Shown: positions 22,463 to 36,991 of the stretch, in pieces
Layout: each line of letters starts with the position of its first letter
Numbering within the stretch: the first letter of the stretch is position 1
Assembly (NCBI GenBank): GCA_907165135.1
Contig: OU015567.1
Span: 4,898,001-4,962,000 of the forward strand
Direction of reading: 5' to 3'
DNA: 64,000 nt
Source: Oikopleura dioica
Taxonomy: Eukaryota > Animalia > Chordata
Notes under the pieces: model-generated
Database searches by the model: none
What the model saw: the letters and a program-made list of their open reading frames with translations, nothing else
What the model was told of the DNA's origin: nothing
Program-made: the position numbers and the translations under genes

Positions 22463-24436
22463 TCATAAATGTCTTGTTTTATTGAAACCAGGACAGTTTG
22501 TATAATTTGCCCAATTTACAAAATCTTCATCGTCAAAATCAAAATACACAGCGCCATAAGTTGCAGTTATCAGATTTACCATTAGGATTCCCATAATATT
22601 CGCCATCGCGCCCGATTTGATCATGTCCGTCACTTTCAAACGCCCTGAACTAAAAGCAATCGCATTTGTCGGCGTCGAAGCTAAAGAATTTCAATCTCAA
22701 AGCGTTTGAAAAGGCCAAACCTGGGAGCATAAAAGACAAGGAACAAGCCAATGTCGCGGGCATCAACAAACTCAACGGATGCAAGCACAACTCCTTCGCC
22801 AACGCTCCCAAAATCGGAACAAATAATGACGCCGCCGCCGTGTTTGAGCAAATTTCCGTGAAGAGAGCTGCAACTATCGTAGCCACAAAGACAATCGCCC
22901 ACTTTTCCAAGCCGCCAACAAGATTAGCAAGAATTTTTGCCACCCAAGTCGAAAAACCAGAAGCATCAGCTCCGTCGGCCATCGCGAATCCCGCCCCGAT
23001 GAGAAGGAGAATATCCCAGGGCATTTTTTCATTGAAGCGTTTCCATGAATGAATCGCTCTAGAAACCCGTCATTCTCCCGAATCTCCCAGTTCTTACCTA
23101 GCAGGGGGTCCTTCTTGCGGACATTTCCAAAAGCCACTTTTTTCCGCCGGAATCAGAAAAAGCAAAACGCCAAAAAAGACAGCAGGAACTCCATCTGATA
23201 TGAAACCAGGCTCGGGGAACAAAACTGTCCAGCCATTCATGAAACCAGGCTCGCGGAAGAACCACATGATTATCACAATTACAAAAGTTATCAAGACGAG
23301 GATTTCTTCCGGAGAGATTTTTCCGAGTTGTTCGTATTTTCTCGCGATCATTTCACTTATTAAAAGATTTTTTATACAGGTTCCCGAGCCCAATTAAAAT
23401 AACTGTACCTTACTGCTTGTTCCTCTTCTTTATTCGACTCACATCTGAAGCCAAAAAAGAAAACATTCAAATAAATTATCATCACGAAAAGAAAGCAAAT
23501 CGAATTGACGATCCCGAAGCCCATCCATTCCGTGTAGCTAAGAGAAATCGGCGAATCAGGAAATTGATCTGCCCAGTAGTCGCTCAGAACCAAATTTGAA
23601 TTCGTCCCAGTAAGTGAAGCAGACCCACCAACAGTGCAAGAGTACGGAATCGTCAGTAAAATTGCTTTTCCGAAATTTTTCAGATTCAAGCTTGACTTTG
23701 TTTGTTTTTCTTCGAAATCTATTGTATCGAAATCAGTTTCTTTGTCGGCTTCATCGAAATCGTCATATGATTCGTTGTCGATCCCAGTTTTCTGCTTGTC
23801 ATCTTGGACTTTCTTTAACTCTTCAATGACTGCAATTCCGATCGGAATCGTCATAGCACTCGCTGCCGCATTCGCAATGAATATTGACAAGAACCAACCG
23901 ATAAGGATGAAACCTAACAGAAGTCGTCGAGGGCTTGACCCAACTGTTTTCAGTGTCAAAAGCGCCATCCGCCTAAAAATGATAGAAAAATGACTACAAA
24001 AATCGTGATACCGATGGAGTTCAGAAGTTTCGATAGAAATTGCGACCATCAGGCTTCCAAAAAGCAGAAAATTTGTGTTTTTCATATAATTGATCGAGAC
24101 ACTGCCTGCTGATCTTATTCCCAAAAGAGGGTAGAAAACATAGGGCAAGACCGCTGTTACAGGAAGGGGAAGACATTCAGTTATCCAAAAAATTGCCATC
24201 ACAATAAGCGAGTAGCCAAATCTCGCGACATTTTTTGAACTGTAAACGGCCCCGGATCCGTCGGTCGTGGGGATGTCATCTTCTCCGTCGATGACGATTA
24301 GGGGAAGGAAAAGAAGAGGAACTAGAAATAAAGAAGCCTTCCTAGAATGATCAGTACCTAGAAAAGTAATAAGCGAGTCCTTAAATTTCCAAATCTCTGC
24401 ATTAAAAAATCTTCGAAAGCAATCTTTTGCTCCCAT
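22463..24436 (-). CDS. SLC13A: SLC13-family Na+/di-tricarboxylate (INDY/NaDC-like) transporter, copy 1
   Basis: WITECLPLPVTAVLP, YSCTVGGSASLTGTNSNLVL, FTEICSNTAAASLFVPIL, ACSLSFMLP motifs. Multiple short introns. Confidence 0.9.
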
Positions 24437-24637
24437 TTTACTCTGGCAGTCGTCTGTTAATCTGTAAATATACTTCTTTTTGGTAAATCTCGGTAACGAT
24501 AATCTCATAACTATTTGTTGACTAAAGGTAAACTTCCTCAATGACCACTTTTGAAGTGAGTTCGAGTCGAACTGTTCGAGATTATTCTTTCAAAATGGCT
24601 GAAAATCGGATTTTTTTCTTCGTTTTAGTTATATTTA

Positions 24638-26612
24638 TTAAATTCTAGTTTTATTATAGCCAGGACAGGAAGTGAAATTAGCCCAGTTGACAAAATCTTC
24701 ATCGTTGAAGTCGAAATATGCAGCGCCATAACTGGCAGTGATCAAATTAACAATGAGGATTCCGATGATATTCGCCATTGCGCCCGATTTGATCATGTCC
24801 GTGACCTTCAACCGACCGGATCCGAAAGCGATTGCATTTGGCGGCGTCGCGGCTGAAAAAATAAGCTTGGGAGACCCTTAATACAACCAAACCTGGAAGC
24901 ATAAAGGACAAGGAACAGGCCAAAACAGCAGGCATCAGCAAGCTTAGCGGATGCAAGCATAACTCCTTCGCAAGAGCTCCTAAGATTGGAATAAACAACG
25001 AAGCCGCGGCCGTGTTTGAGCAAATTTCAGTGAAGAGTGCCGCGACAATTGTGACAACCAGGACAATCGCCCACTTCTCCAGGTCGCCAACGAGATCGGC
25101 CAGGATCTTCGCGACCCAAGTTGAGAAGCCAGAAGCGTCAGATCCGTCGGCCATGGCAAAGCCGGCGCCGATGAGGAGGAGAATTCCCCAGTGCATTTTT
25201 TCATTGAGGCTTTTCCACGAATGAATCGCTCTAGAAATCAATAAAAAGGAACAATGAAGCCCAATGAAGCTCACCTAGCAGGTGGGCCTTCTTGAGGACA
25301 TTTCCAAAAGCCGCTCTTTTCCGCTGGAAACAGAAACAGTAGGACCCCGAAAAAGACGGCAGGAACACCATCGGAAATGAAGCTGGGTTCGGGGAACAAA
25401 ACCGTCCAGCCATTCATGAATCCTGGCGATCGAAAGAACCACATGATCACCAAAGTAATGAACGTTATCAAGACGATGAGCTCTTCCATTGAAATTTTTC
25501 CCAGTTCTTTGTATTTTCTCTCGATCATTTTACTAGAAAAGGAAAAAGAAAAAATCTGGAAAAAATGTTTACCTGACGGCTATTTCCTCTTCCTTGTTGC
25601 TGTCGCATCTGATTCCGATGAAGAAAACGTTGAGATAGACAATCATGACGATGAGGATGCAGATGGAATTGACAATGCCAAAGCCCATCCACTCAGTATA
25701 GCTCAATGAAATTGGCGAATCGGGGTATTGCTCAGCCCAGTACTCGTTCAACACCAGATTCGGGGCCGTCCCGGTGAGAGTAGAAGTACCCCCGACAGAG
25801 CAGGCATAAGGAATGGCGAGAAGAATTGCTTTTCCGATATTTTCCGCTTTTGACGATTTTTTCGATCGTTTTGGCTTTACTTCGATTCTGTCAAAATCTG
25901 TTTCTTCGACTACTTCAATTTCATTTTTATCTGCTTCTTCGAACGATGCGTTTTCAATTCCTTTTTGGGCGTCTTCTTCAGTTTTTTTCAGCTCATCAAT
26001 GACTGCGATTGCGATGGGAATCGTCATCGCCGCTGCGGCTGTATTTGAAATCCACATTGAAAGAAACCAACCGATCAGCATGAAGCCCAAAAGAAGCCGT
26101 CTTGGACTTGAGCCGACAATTTTCAGCGTCAAAAGCGCCAAACGCCTGAAAAATTTTTTGATGAAACTTTCTCTAGAAACATTTTACCGATGAAGTTCAG
26201 AAGTTTCGATTGAAATCGCGACCATAAGGCCGCCGAAAAGGAGAAAATTCGTGTTTTTCATGTAGTTGATCGAAACGCTTCCAGCTGATCGGAGGCCGAG
26301 AAGAGGATAGAGAACATAAGGCAGAACCGCTGTCACGGGAAGAGGAAGACATTCCGTGATCCAGTAAATTCCCATGACAATTAAGGTGTAGCCAAAGCGC
26401 GCGACTTTTTTCGAACTATAAACGACGCCGGATCCATCGGTCGTGGGGATGTCATCTTCTCCGTCGATGACGATCAGGGGGAGGAAAAGAAGAGGGACTA
26501 AATATGATAAGGCTTACTGAGGGTTAACTGTACCTAGGACAGTGATAAGCGAGTCCTTAAATTTCCAAATCTCTGCATTAAAAAATCTTCGGAAGCAACT
26601 TTTTACGCCCAT
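24638..26612 (-). CDS. SLC13A: SLC13-family transporter, copy 2 (tandem paralogue)
   Basis: SMWISNTAAAAMTIPI, YACSVGGTSTLTGTAPNLVL, FTEICSNTAAASLFIPIL, ATPPNAIAFGSGRLKVTDMIKSG. Same exon layout as copy 1. Confidence 0.9.
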
Positions 26613-27232
26613 TTTTTAGAGTTTTCTCTGTTTTTTATATTTATTGAGACATAAAAACGGCTTTATAAATCGATTTTGGTAAACCGTGACATTTTTATAG
26701 AAAGAAATCTGAGAAAGATTTGTTGGCCTAGGGTAAACTTTGTCAAGGAGCACTTAAGAACTGTCACTCTGAGCTGCAAAATCATCAAAAGAGAGCTTCC
26801 GCTGTCGGGTCCGAGGGGCTTTGAAAGCTGGAAATTCATTTGTCATTCAAATATAGATAAGAATCGCCCGATTGCCCTAGAATCATTGAAGAATTTTCGA
26901 GAACTCAAGTTTCCGGGCAAAAATTTTTGGCAAAGATTCTTGTTTTTGAAGCGAACCCGTCTTTTTGTTGGCAAATTTAACCTGTCCTAACAATCGCTTC
27001 CGTCCGCTCGGACATGTTCCATTCAAATCAATCGATTTTATTTGCCGAAGCTTAGCGTAAATAGCCATGATAGCAACGAAAACACAGACAATGGAAGAGT
27101 TGGACTCAACAATTGAATTTTATTTGGACAGGGGCGCTTTTTTCTTTGGCTCGGTTTTGGGGGAAGAAGGCTTCATTCGATTTTTTGACGCTTTTGCTAG
27201 CAGACTAAAAGTTTGAAGCTCGTTTTGCAAAG

Positions 27233-28676
<1,444 letters not shown>

Positions 28677-29034
28677 TTTCTGTCATCAAATCAGGAGAAC
28701 TTTTTCATTTTTTTCAAATAAAATTTCATTTTTACAGCAAATTTCAAAAACATGTCATGAGACCTCGCGGTTAAACAATGTGATAAAATCTTTTTGGGTT
28801 GGTCAAATAGATTTTTGCTACGATGAGCCTAAAGCGATCAACATTGTTAACCTATATTTGGATATAAAAAGGCTGCTCGGCGGATAATTCACATTTGAAC
28901 AGAAAATGAAGCAAGAGATGCAATTACTTCGTATTTTATCCAGTTAACTATGGTTATTACTCGCTTTAAAAAGCTTTCAGTACTTTAAATGATAATAAAT
29001 TATTAATTATCAATAAATTTCGATATTTGTACTT

Positions 29035-32000
29035 TTATTTTCTTTTGTCGTTCTCGAAAATATTCCCAATTATTTCAGCTTCAAATTGAGACAGCGGTAC
29101 AGACTTTTTCGGTTCTTCAATGATGAGTATCTTCTTTTTTGGTTCAACTTCTTCCTTCTTTTTTCTTATCCAAATTTCTTCTTTTCTTACCAAAGTCTCA
29201 TCAGAAATTAGGTCTTCTTTTACCAGGTCTTTGATTAAAGGATCTTCCGCCCAATCGTCATTTATTTCTGATGATAAATTGTTAAGGAGATCGTCCATGT
29301 TTGTAATTCTTTCGGCAATTACTGAAAAATTGAATAATATTATTCACAAAACGAGTCTTACAAGAATGAAGTCCCAACGAATCCTTGAGTTTTTGAGCAT
29401 AATTGAACTTCTTCATAATTTTCAAATCAAATTGAGCGGATATAATTATCACCAAAGTCAGCAGCGAAATGATTCCGAAAATGAACATGGGGACAACAAG
29501 GAGAAACGCCCATTCTAGATCGTTGATGCAGTTTTCTTTGAATGGATCTGGGCGACTTATGATTTCAACAAAATCAGTTTTTCCGAGGAAATTGAGGGAG
29601 ATTTCGACGCAGTTGGTTTGCCTGGGCTTAAACATTTCTTTGATAACGGATTTCTCCAAGCCTTGAATGACCTAAAATCATCGTCAAAAAGCCCTAACCC
29701 TAGCTGGCGAGTTTTGCACCTGTTCATCATATTCATTTTGAATTTTTGAAACATTCATCGAGTTGAAATCAATTCCGTGCAAAATCTGCTGTTTCGGGTC
29801 GAAAGTAGCTCCAGTCGTAAAAGTCATTAGTTGAGTGAATAGGGTGGAAATAAGCACAGCAGATTTGAGGCATGGAGTCACGAGAATAATCGGCAAGAGC
29901 GTGAGATTCACGAGGAGTTTGGTCTTACTCAGCTTGAAGCTTTTTTGATATTGAATAAGGTCTTTGATTTGAAGGGCAGTGACGAGAAAGGCGGCGAAGG
30001 GAGCGATTGCTTGAGGAATGAGGGCGCTGATTCGCAAGTCGAATGATTGAGGTTTGTAGCGAGTGTAGAAAAAATACAGGACAACAAGTTCCGGGACATC
30101 ATGAAAAAGAAGGTTGAGGAGGAGAATGACTGTTTGTGCAGGGTATAACTTGTCGATTTCGTCGATGTTCCACTAGAATTTTGCTTTTTATTCCGTTTTT
30201 TCATGATAAACTTGCCTCTCTTTTAAATTTGACGACGAAATAAACCCTGAGAGCCAAAATAATCGTCAGCACAACTGGTAAATAAGCCATAAATCCAACC
30301 ACCATCGGATCCGGGCTAAACATCAATCCTTCCCCGCTCAAGTAGTTCAAAAACGTCTCTCCTTCAAAATAAATCTGGACAGTTGTCAGCGCTGTTATCA
30401 CTGCTACAGTTGCTTTCCAGACGACAGTTTTCGAAGGAGTGGCGAGAAAAAGAACCTTCACAAGGTAAAGAACTTGCAAAATCGCGATGGCAAAGAGAGC
30501 TTGAATAAATCTCGAGACTTCTGGATGATCCTCGGGCTTGATCGTTTGGCTGATAAAAATTTTCTTTCCAGAAAGTGCTCTCAAAATCTCTGCAGCAGAA
30601 ACCATGCCGGTTTGCAGTAATTTATCAAAATCTCCATCTGCTTCGGCAATTTTCGTCTCGTAAAAAGAAAGAACATAATCGAGAATGATGCAGTCCTCAC
30701 AAAATTCATCAGAAGTCGTATTGATGAAACCGACGAATTCAACCTTTTTGATGTTTCCAACAGCGTTAAAAGCGGACTGAAAACAAAGGATCTTCAAAAA
30801 TTCTCTTCCTTGATTTCAATTTATCAACATTGTTGAAGATCCTTTTACATAAATCGATTTTGTCGACTGAACAACTGCCGATTCGAATTCTTCTTCTCTC
30901 AAATCCTTGATGATGAAATTCGATTGGACGACCTTGAGACTTTGTCGCTGAGAAACATCCTTGTCAGTTTCTAGAGCTCTTTCGCAACCAGCCCTTGAGA
31001 CCTTGATTTCAACGATGCCGGTGGAGCCGATGGAATCTTCAAGCTTGAGGAAGAAATAATCGATCCCGTCTTCGAGCCAAAGAGGAGTGTTGAAAATTCC
31101 AACGGAGAGGTCAAATGGGAAAGATTGGTCCAGAATAACGACTGTATTTTTCTTCAGATTCTCAGACAGACCCATAAGCTGACCGGAAAAAGGAGGGATT
31201 CCTGATGCCTTTGGTTGAGATGAATTGAATCTATTCAGAATATCTTCGTCATTAAAATTTTGATAATGATGGTTTGTCAAAATCAATAAGGTTCAAAAAA
31301 GCCCAAAAAATAAAAGAAAAGGCCAATTTATGGTCGTTTGAAAAGTTGATCTCATTTCTTGACTTGAACAAAAAGCGACTCATTTTTAGCATCACACAGA
31401 TCACATAATGAAGCAGATCCAACAATCGAATTCATCATCGGTTTTTGATCCGCGATCCTCATTTCTTGCTCCGGCTTCGATTGAAAAACCGAGCATTTTT
31501 CGCAGGATAAAAGGTAAGAGAGCGCTTCTGGGAGGGTTGAAGGGTCGATGGAGGAAAGTTTTGAGCGGAAGAAGTCGGAATAATCGAGGATTTTGAAGTC
31601 GAAATCGTCGAAGTTAAACACGATTTCGATTGAATTTGATCTTCGAAAAAGGCTCTCAGTGAGTTCTAGCTCTAGAATTTCGCAAAAATGAGCCCTTTCC
31701 TGAATGATCTTGTAAATTTCTCGTGGATAATATTCTTCAGTTCCACTTGAAAAGCCTCAGGGAGAATTTCCCCCGTAAAATCGACAATATACTTCAGCTC
31801 GAGAAATATCTCATTTTCCTCCGTCCGACCAAACTTTTGAATGTTCACATTATTGACCAATAAATCCGGAAAAGCAGACTTCATTTCTCCTTTCAAGACC
31901 TCGAATTCGCGAACGATCTTGTTTGTCAGACGTAAACTTAATAAGTTAATTAGTAAGATCGTCATGTTTTTTATGGCTTTTTAAGTGCTAAGGTCAGTGT

Positions 32001-32760
32001 GGGTTTCCGCTTGACCGGTGGTAAAAAGCGACTTACGTTTCTGGTGAGTAGTTGTTGGAGAATTCTGACTTCCATGGTTGATTCTTTACGAGCGCTTTTC
32101 CATTTTGTCTCGGCGTGAAAATCAAGACGTTGTCTTTTCCTGGCTCGGAATTCGGATAGCAGCGGTGGACTCTGAAAATGACATTTTGACGAAAGTATGG
32201 GTGGTCTAGTTGGTAGGAAAGTCTGGAGCAATTTTATGGAGTGATCTGATTCATCGACATTTACGCGTTTATAGGCCGCTTTATTTGAGATCTTATGCTC
32301 TTTCTAGATATTTCTCAAAAGAAAACCTAGTGTTTTTGTCGCCCTTACTTCTTATGAAGATCGTCTTCCCTTCCGCAGTCATGTGACTTTCCATGACATT
32401 CTTCGCTGTGAATCGTCATACCAACACATCTTTGTAGACCGCAATCTCGTAATTCTTCGCTGGTACACTGTCTAATGACCTAGAAAAAAGAATATAGCCA
32501 TTTTTCCGATCGTTAATACCCCGCATCCGTCATCAAAAGGAATCTCCTTCTCAGCACATTTTCTCGAGCTTCGCGTTTCTCTCTGAATCGGCAAACAACT
32601 TCCATCGAAAAACTGAAAGTCCTCGCTACAATCGCAAAATTCTTTGGTCCCGAAACAGGCGCATTCTTGCAAATTGAAGCTTCGAAAGAGCATTTTTTCT
32701 GGAAGAACAACTTGATTTCGATCATCGTCGATGCAGTAGCAGATTTTTGTTGATTTCAAA
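29035..32760 (-). CDS. One or more multi-exon membrane-protein genes (Cys-rich segment, ectodomain, several hydrophobic helices)
   Basis: Chain of minus-strand ORFs: 32472-32759 (Cys-rich), 31672-31965, 31352-31621, 30816-31286, 30201-30797 (several TM-like stretches), 29684-30037, 29282-29659. Gene boundaries unresolved. Confidence 0.35.
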
Positions 32761-34044
32761 GATGAAAAGGTTTTTGAAAAATGATCGCCGAATCTAGAGC
32801 ATTTCGAGAAATGCGGGCTTTCAATAAAACAGTCTTTTTCAAGGATGAAGATTTCTTTTTGAAAAAAATTTTAGGCTACGTGTCCTTCAGACTGAACTAG
32901 GCAACATCTGCAAAAACACAATGCTGAACAAGGTCATTCCCTTTTTTCAGATTAAAATTTCTAGAACGATCTAGATTCTAGAAAGATCTCCTTAATCCCT
33001 GACATTATGATTAAAGCCACAAAACTCTACGTTGATTTCTTCAAACTTGGACGTAAATCTCTCAGATAAACTTGGTAAAATAAAAAGAAGAAAAATCAAA
33101 GTACCGAAAATCATTATCACAGAGTCATAACTCTTCGCGTTTCTTTCCCAAAGATTAGCCGAGACAGCACAAAATTAAATAGCGCCAGTTAAGACATTAT
33201 GATCGCGCTCATAAGCGCAGCTGCACGACACGAGAGCTTTTTTTCTTTCCTCTTTTAGTTGTTTAGGATGTTGTTTTATTTTTTAATAGCGGGAATGTTT
33301 TTTACTCAGGATGACCTTTTTTCGTATTTTTTTGCTAAAGAAAGACAGCGATTAAGTTAATGAAATCGAGGCAAGAGCCATCGATCAAAATGCGCGAGGT
33401 TGATGTTTTGATAAAGGTGCTGTTGTGTCTGGCATGTTGCGGGCAGTGGTCAGCGCTCTCAATTGAATTGGAAAGATCGGCACAGAGCGATCGTATTAAT
33501 ATTTCAGATGCCCACTGTCACTACCATCACTCTCGCCTCTCGTTATTATTCTAAGCAGAAAAGTCACACTTTTTGAAGCTGAGAACAAGACCGAGAACGG
33601 TGGAATCGAGGAAGAGATTTTTGAATAAAGAAATCATTTTTGAAAAAATTGTTTTTCAAATCTTATAATAAAATAAAATTATATAAATAAGTTAAATTTT
33701 GACATTCATATTTGATTCCAGAAATATTGTAAATGCCCGTTCTTAAACCTAATAACTAATAATATAAATGTACAAATATATCATGAGCAAGTCATTTTTC
33801 CTCGTAAAACTGTTCACAGAACATTGCCATATTGAAGCTAGTAATTAAAATATATGGCGAGAAAATTCATCAATTATTCTCATCTAAGACCAAGCACTTT
33901 GACGGGCGGAGTAATTATTAAGAAAAACCTTTTTGTCAACTCGAGACAAGGGACATCGGAAAGCTGTCCTTGTGAAATCTGCACATTACTTTCTTTTCAT
34001 TCCGTATTTCTGAGAAGAAGGAGAGAGGGAAAAAGAAACTCAGA

Positions 34045-35110
34045 AGATGTCAGAGGTTAATTCTTTTCTTGAGAAATTTGAATAAAAAAAAATTGAATAG
34101 ATGGACATAATCGAGGCGCTAGAAGACGAAGAAGAAGAAGAAACCGAAGAAGCGACGGCCGATTTTGAAGAAGATTTGTCGACGAAAGGTAGTTCACTCC
34201 AACTCCTAATTGTTTCATACCCGTAATCCACTCGACCTTCAGATGCCCCAGCTAATGAGGAAGAAGACGACGACGACGGAGGCTCCAGGTAAGTTTTAAT
34301 TTGTTATTGAAGAGAGTTTGACAAGTTGCTTCGACATCTCAGACATGTCAGAGCTAAGTTTTGACATCGAAAAACAAGGAAAATGATTTTTTACTTTTAC
34401 GAAAATCCTCTTTTGGAAATCGGGTAAAAACTCATTTGGCAGAGTCGGAAGGATTCGATGAGCTCAATGAGCTGGAGGAGAATAATGAAGATCTAGGGGG
34501 AATTAATGTTGACCTTTCGCTTGATGATGGTCGAGTTTCTAGCGATTTTTAGCCGCTCAGCCATTTTTTATTCGATATTTTTCCATAGCCGTTTTGTAGC
34601 GGGGAAAGAAGCTCGGAAACAGAGGCCCTTTGACAATTTCGGGGAGTGGATTGGATACTTTTAAATTCGTCAAACAATCTGACGAGAATATTTTTCGATA
34701 TTTCAATTCCAGAGCGACCAGTTGTACCTCCATTTTTGCCTTGTTTGAAATTTTTTTTATGAAAAGGTCGAAAAATAAATATTCAGTGGCGAGGATGTGG
34801 ACAACTGGGTCGGCGGAAAAGGCGATAAGGGAGGAGATGGTGGCGGCAAAGCTGTTGATTATGCTGAGGACGCAGTTATGCTCCAAATGGAAGATGATGA
34901 GATAGAAGCAGAGGCTGCTGATGATGCTGAAGAGTCCTCAGGACCAAGCGGGTAGGGCTTCTTTTGAATAATTTGAAAGAAAACCGGAAATATAAGGGAT
35001 GACGATACGGATGATGAGATCGAAGCGGAGTACCACATGATGGCCAACGGCGTCGACGCGGAATTCTTAGGGTTCGAGGTACCCCGCGTTCCGATTCGAA
35101 ACCCATTCTT
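34045..35110 (+). CDS. Highly acidic (Asp/Glu-rich) multi-exon protein
   Basis: Short exons encoding EDEEEEETEE, NEEEDDDDGG, MEDDEIEAEAADDAEE and DDTDDEIEAEYHMMANG, separated by GT-AG-like gaps. Confidence 0.35.
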
Positions 35111-35471
35111 TGACGCGCTAATGATTGACTATAAATTGCATGGCTTAAATTTGAGTAATCTCAATTTAAGTACGCTAATACTGAAGAGAGTAGCTTTGTG
35201 AATACGCAGCGACACTCGACCTACACCACGAGCTCCCAGGTGCAGGAAAAAAATATTTTTTTATATTTTACTATTAATGGACTTCATTGTCAAATTGACA
35301 TGAAGTCGGGTGAAATTGTTTGAATAAAGGCTCTTAGAAACTTAAGATGGACGAAATTGTCAAGAAGATTTTACATCCGCTTTCTATCAAGGATAGTTTT
35401 CAAGAAAAAATAAATTATGGTCATTTTTGAATCAAATTTTGATAAAATTTTTAAAAAACCAATAAAAGCGA

Positions 35472-36603
35472 ATGCTGAAAATCATAGAAATTTCTGCAAC
35501 GATCGAATATAAGGTGAGCCATCGATGCTTTTGGTTGCATCAACATAGAAAATCAAAGGAAGTGCGAGAAAAAGCAGAAGAGTTTTTACGCCGCCTTCCT
35601 TTTCAAATATTCAGAAGAGTTTTCTTCAAGCAAAATCTGGCCCAGCGTGCAAGATTGATGAACCTCAGAAATTTCAGGAACCCCCGAATTTATGCCGTCG
35701 CCCATCGTAAGCACATCATCTCAGAACAGTCAATAATTAATTCCAGGGCAGGATCAAGATGGAATTTTCCTCCTGACTTCGTCGACCGAAAAGATCGGCT
35801 GGACTCAAATCTCAAAAATCAGTTCAAAACGAATGACCTCGAAACATTATCCAATCTCCTCCCGGGTTTGGGGTAATTTTCTCCTGCTCTTCCGACCGCA
35901 CAAAAAGGGTCTGATCTTCGACCCGTACACAGGCAGAGCCTGGCCGTTCCAGAAAACGAGCTGTCAGCATGTAGCTTGCTCGAGCTCAGTCACCGACAGG
36001 TACGAGCAAATCGCTTTCCATTCTTATTTTCTAAGGGACATCATTTGCGCTGGAATTCCCGGCCCAAGCGTTTGCCTCTTCGATTTTCATGAAAACTCAT
36101 GGCTAAGCGCCGAGCACCACCTCCCCCAAAACCCAACCGCCTCCTTTTCATTCAAAAATCAATCGTATCTTCTCGTTTTTCGCGGCGATTTCTTCGACCT
36201 CGTCCATGTCGTCTCCACTGTCACAAAGAGGCTCAACACTTTTCCATCCCCTCTTCGCTACAAAAAGCAATTCAAAATCACCAACATTGAGCAAATAAAA
36301 GTGATACAGGACGCTGAAACCTCGAACCGAAGCGCGAAAATCCAAGTGATCTACGACACGCTCAAGCCGGCAAAGAACAGTTCTCACATGGTTCATTTTT
36401 CGGCGACGCTAGAATTCGACGGAACGAAGCCGTTTACGACGCTGCTGACTTTAGACATGGAAAATTACAGATTGATGGAATTTACTCATTTTCATCCAGG
36501 CATGGGCTCTTCGCGCTTTATTTTCGACTCGAAATTCGAAACCTTATTTCTTTCAATTTTGCCGCTTATTCTAGAGCCTTTACGACAGACACGAGACAAC
36601 TAG
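35472..36603 (+). CDS. Uncharacterised protein
   Basis: 256-aa ORF 35833-36603 plus upstream ORF 35472-35876. No family recognised. Confidence 0.4.
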
Positions 36604-36991
36604 ACGTCCGATTCAAAAAGTCGCTCGAATGGCCTCTTTGGAAAAGACTGCCGATCCTAAAGGTATTTTTAGTTATTTCCTTTCGATAAAAAGAAAATTT
36701 ATAGAATCCGATTTTGAAAAGAAATCAGCTATTTGCACTTTCTTCAAGCTTTTGCCGAAAAAATGTCGATGGCTTGGATGTTATGACGATTCAAGACCGT
36801 TTTGGAGAATTCGACATTTCGAGTATTGGAATTTTTTATCAGAAATAAAATAAACTGCCTTCTGGTATAAAACATTCGATTTTTTTCATAAAGAAAGGTT
36901 CGAATTGGAATAAATTGAGGACTCGCTGTGAATTCAACCGTAAAATTACCGTCCCGTTATAAAGTGGAATTGTTCAAAGTATTTTTCCAAA

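Noticed and set aside
23372-24541. 389-aa single ORF as the true SLC13 N-terminus
   Set aside because: It reads through short stop-free 3n introns (e.g. GTDHSRKASLFL), and the paralogue alignment places the start at 24436.
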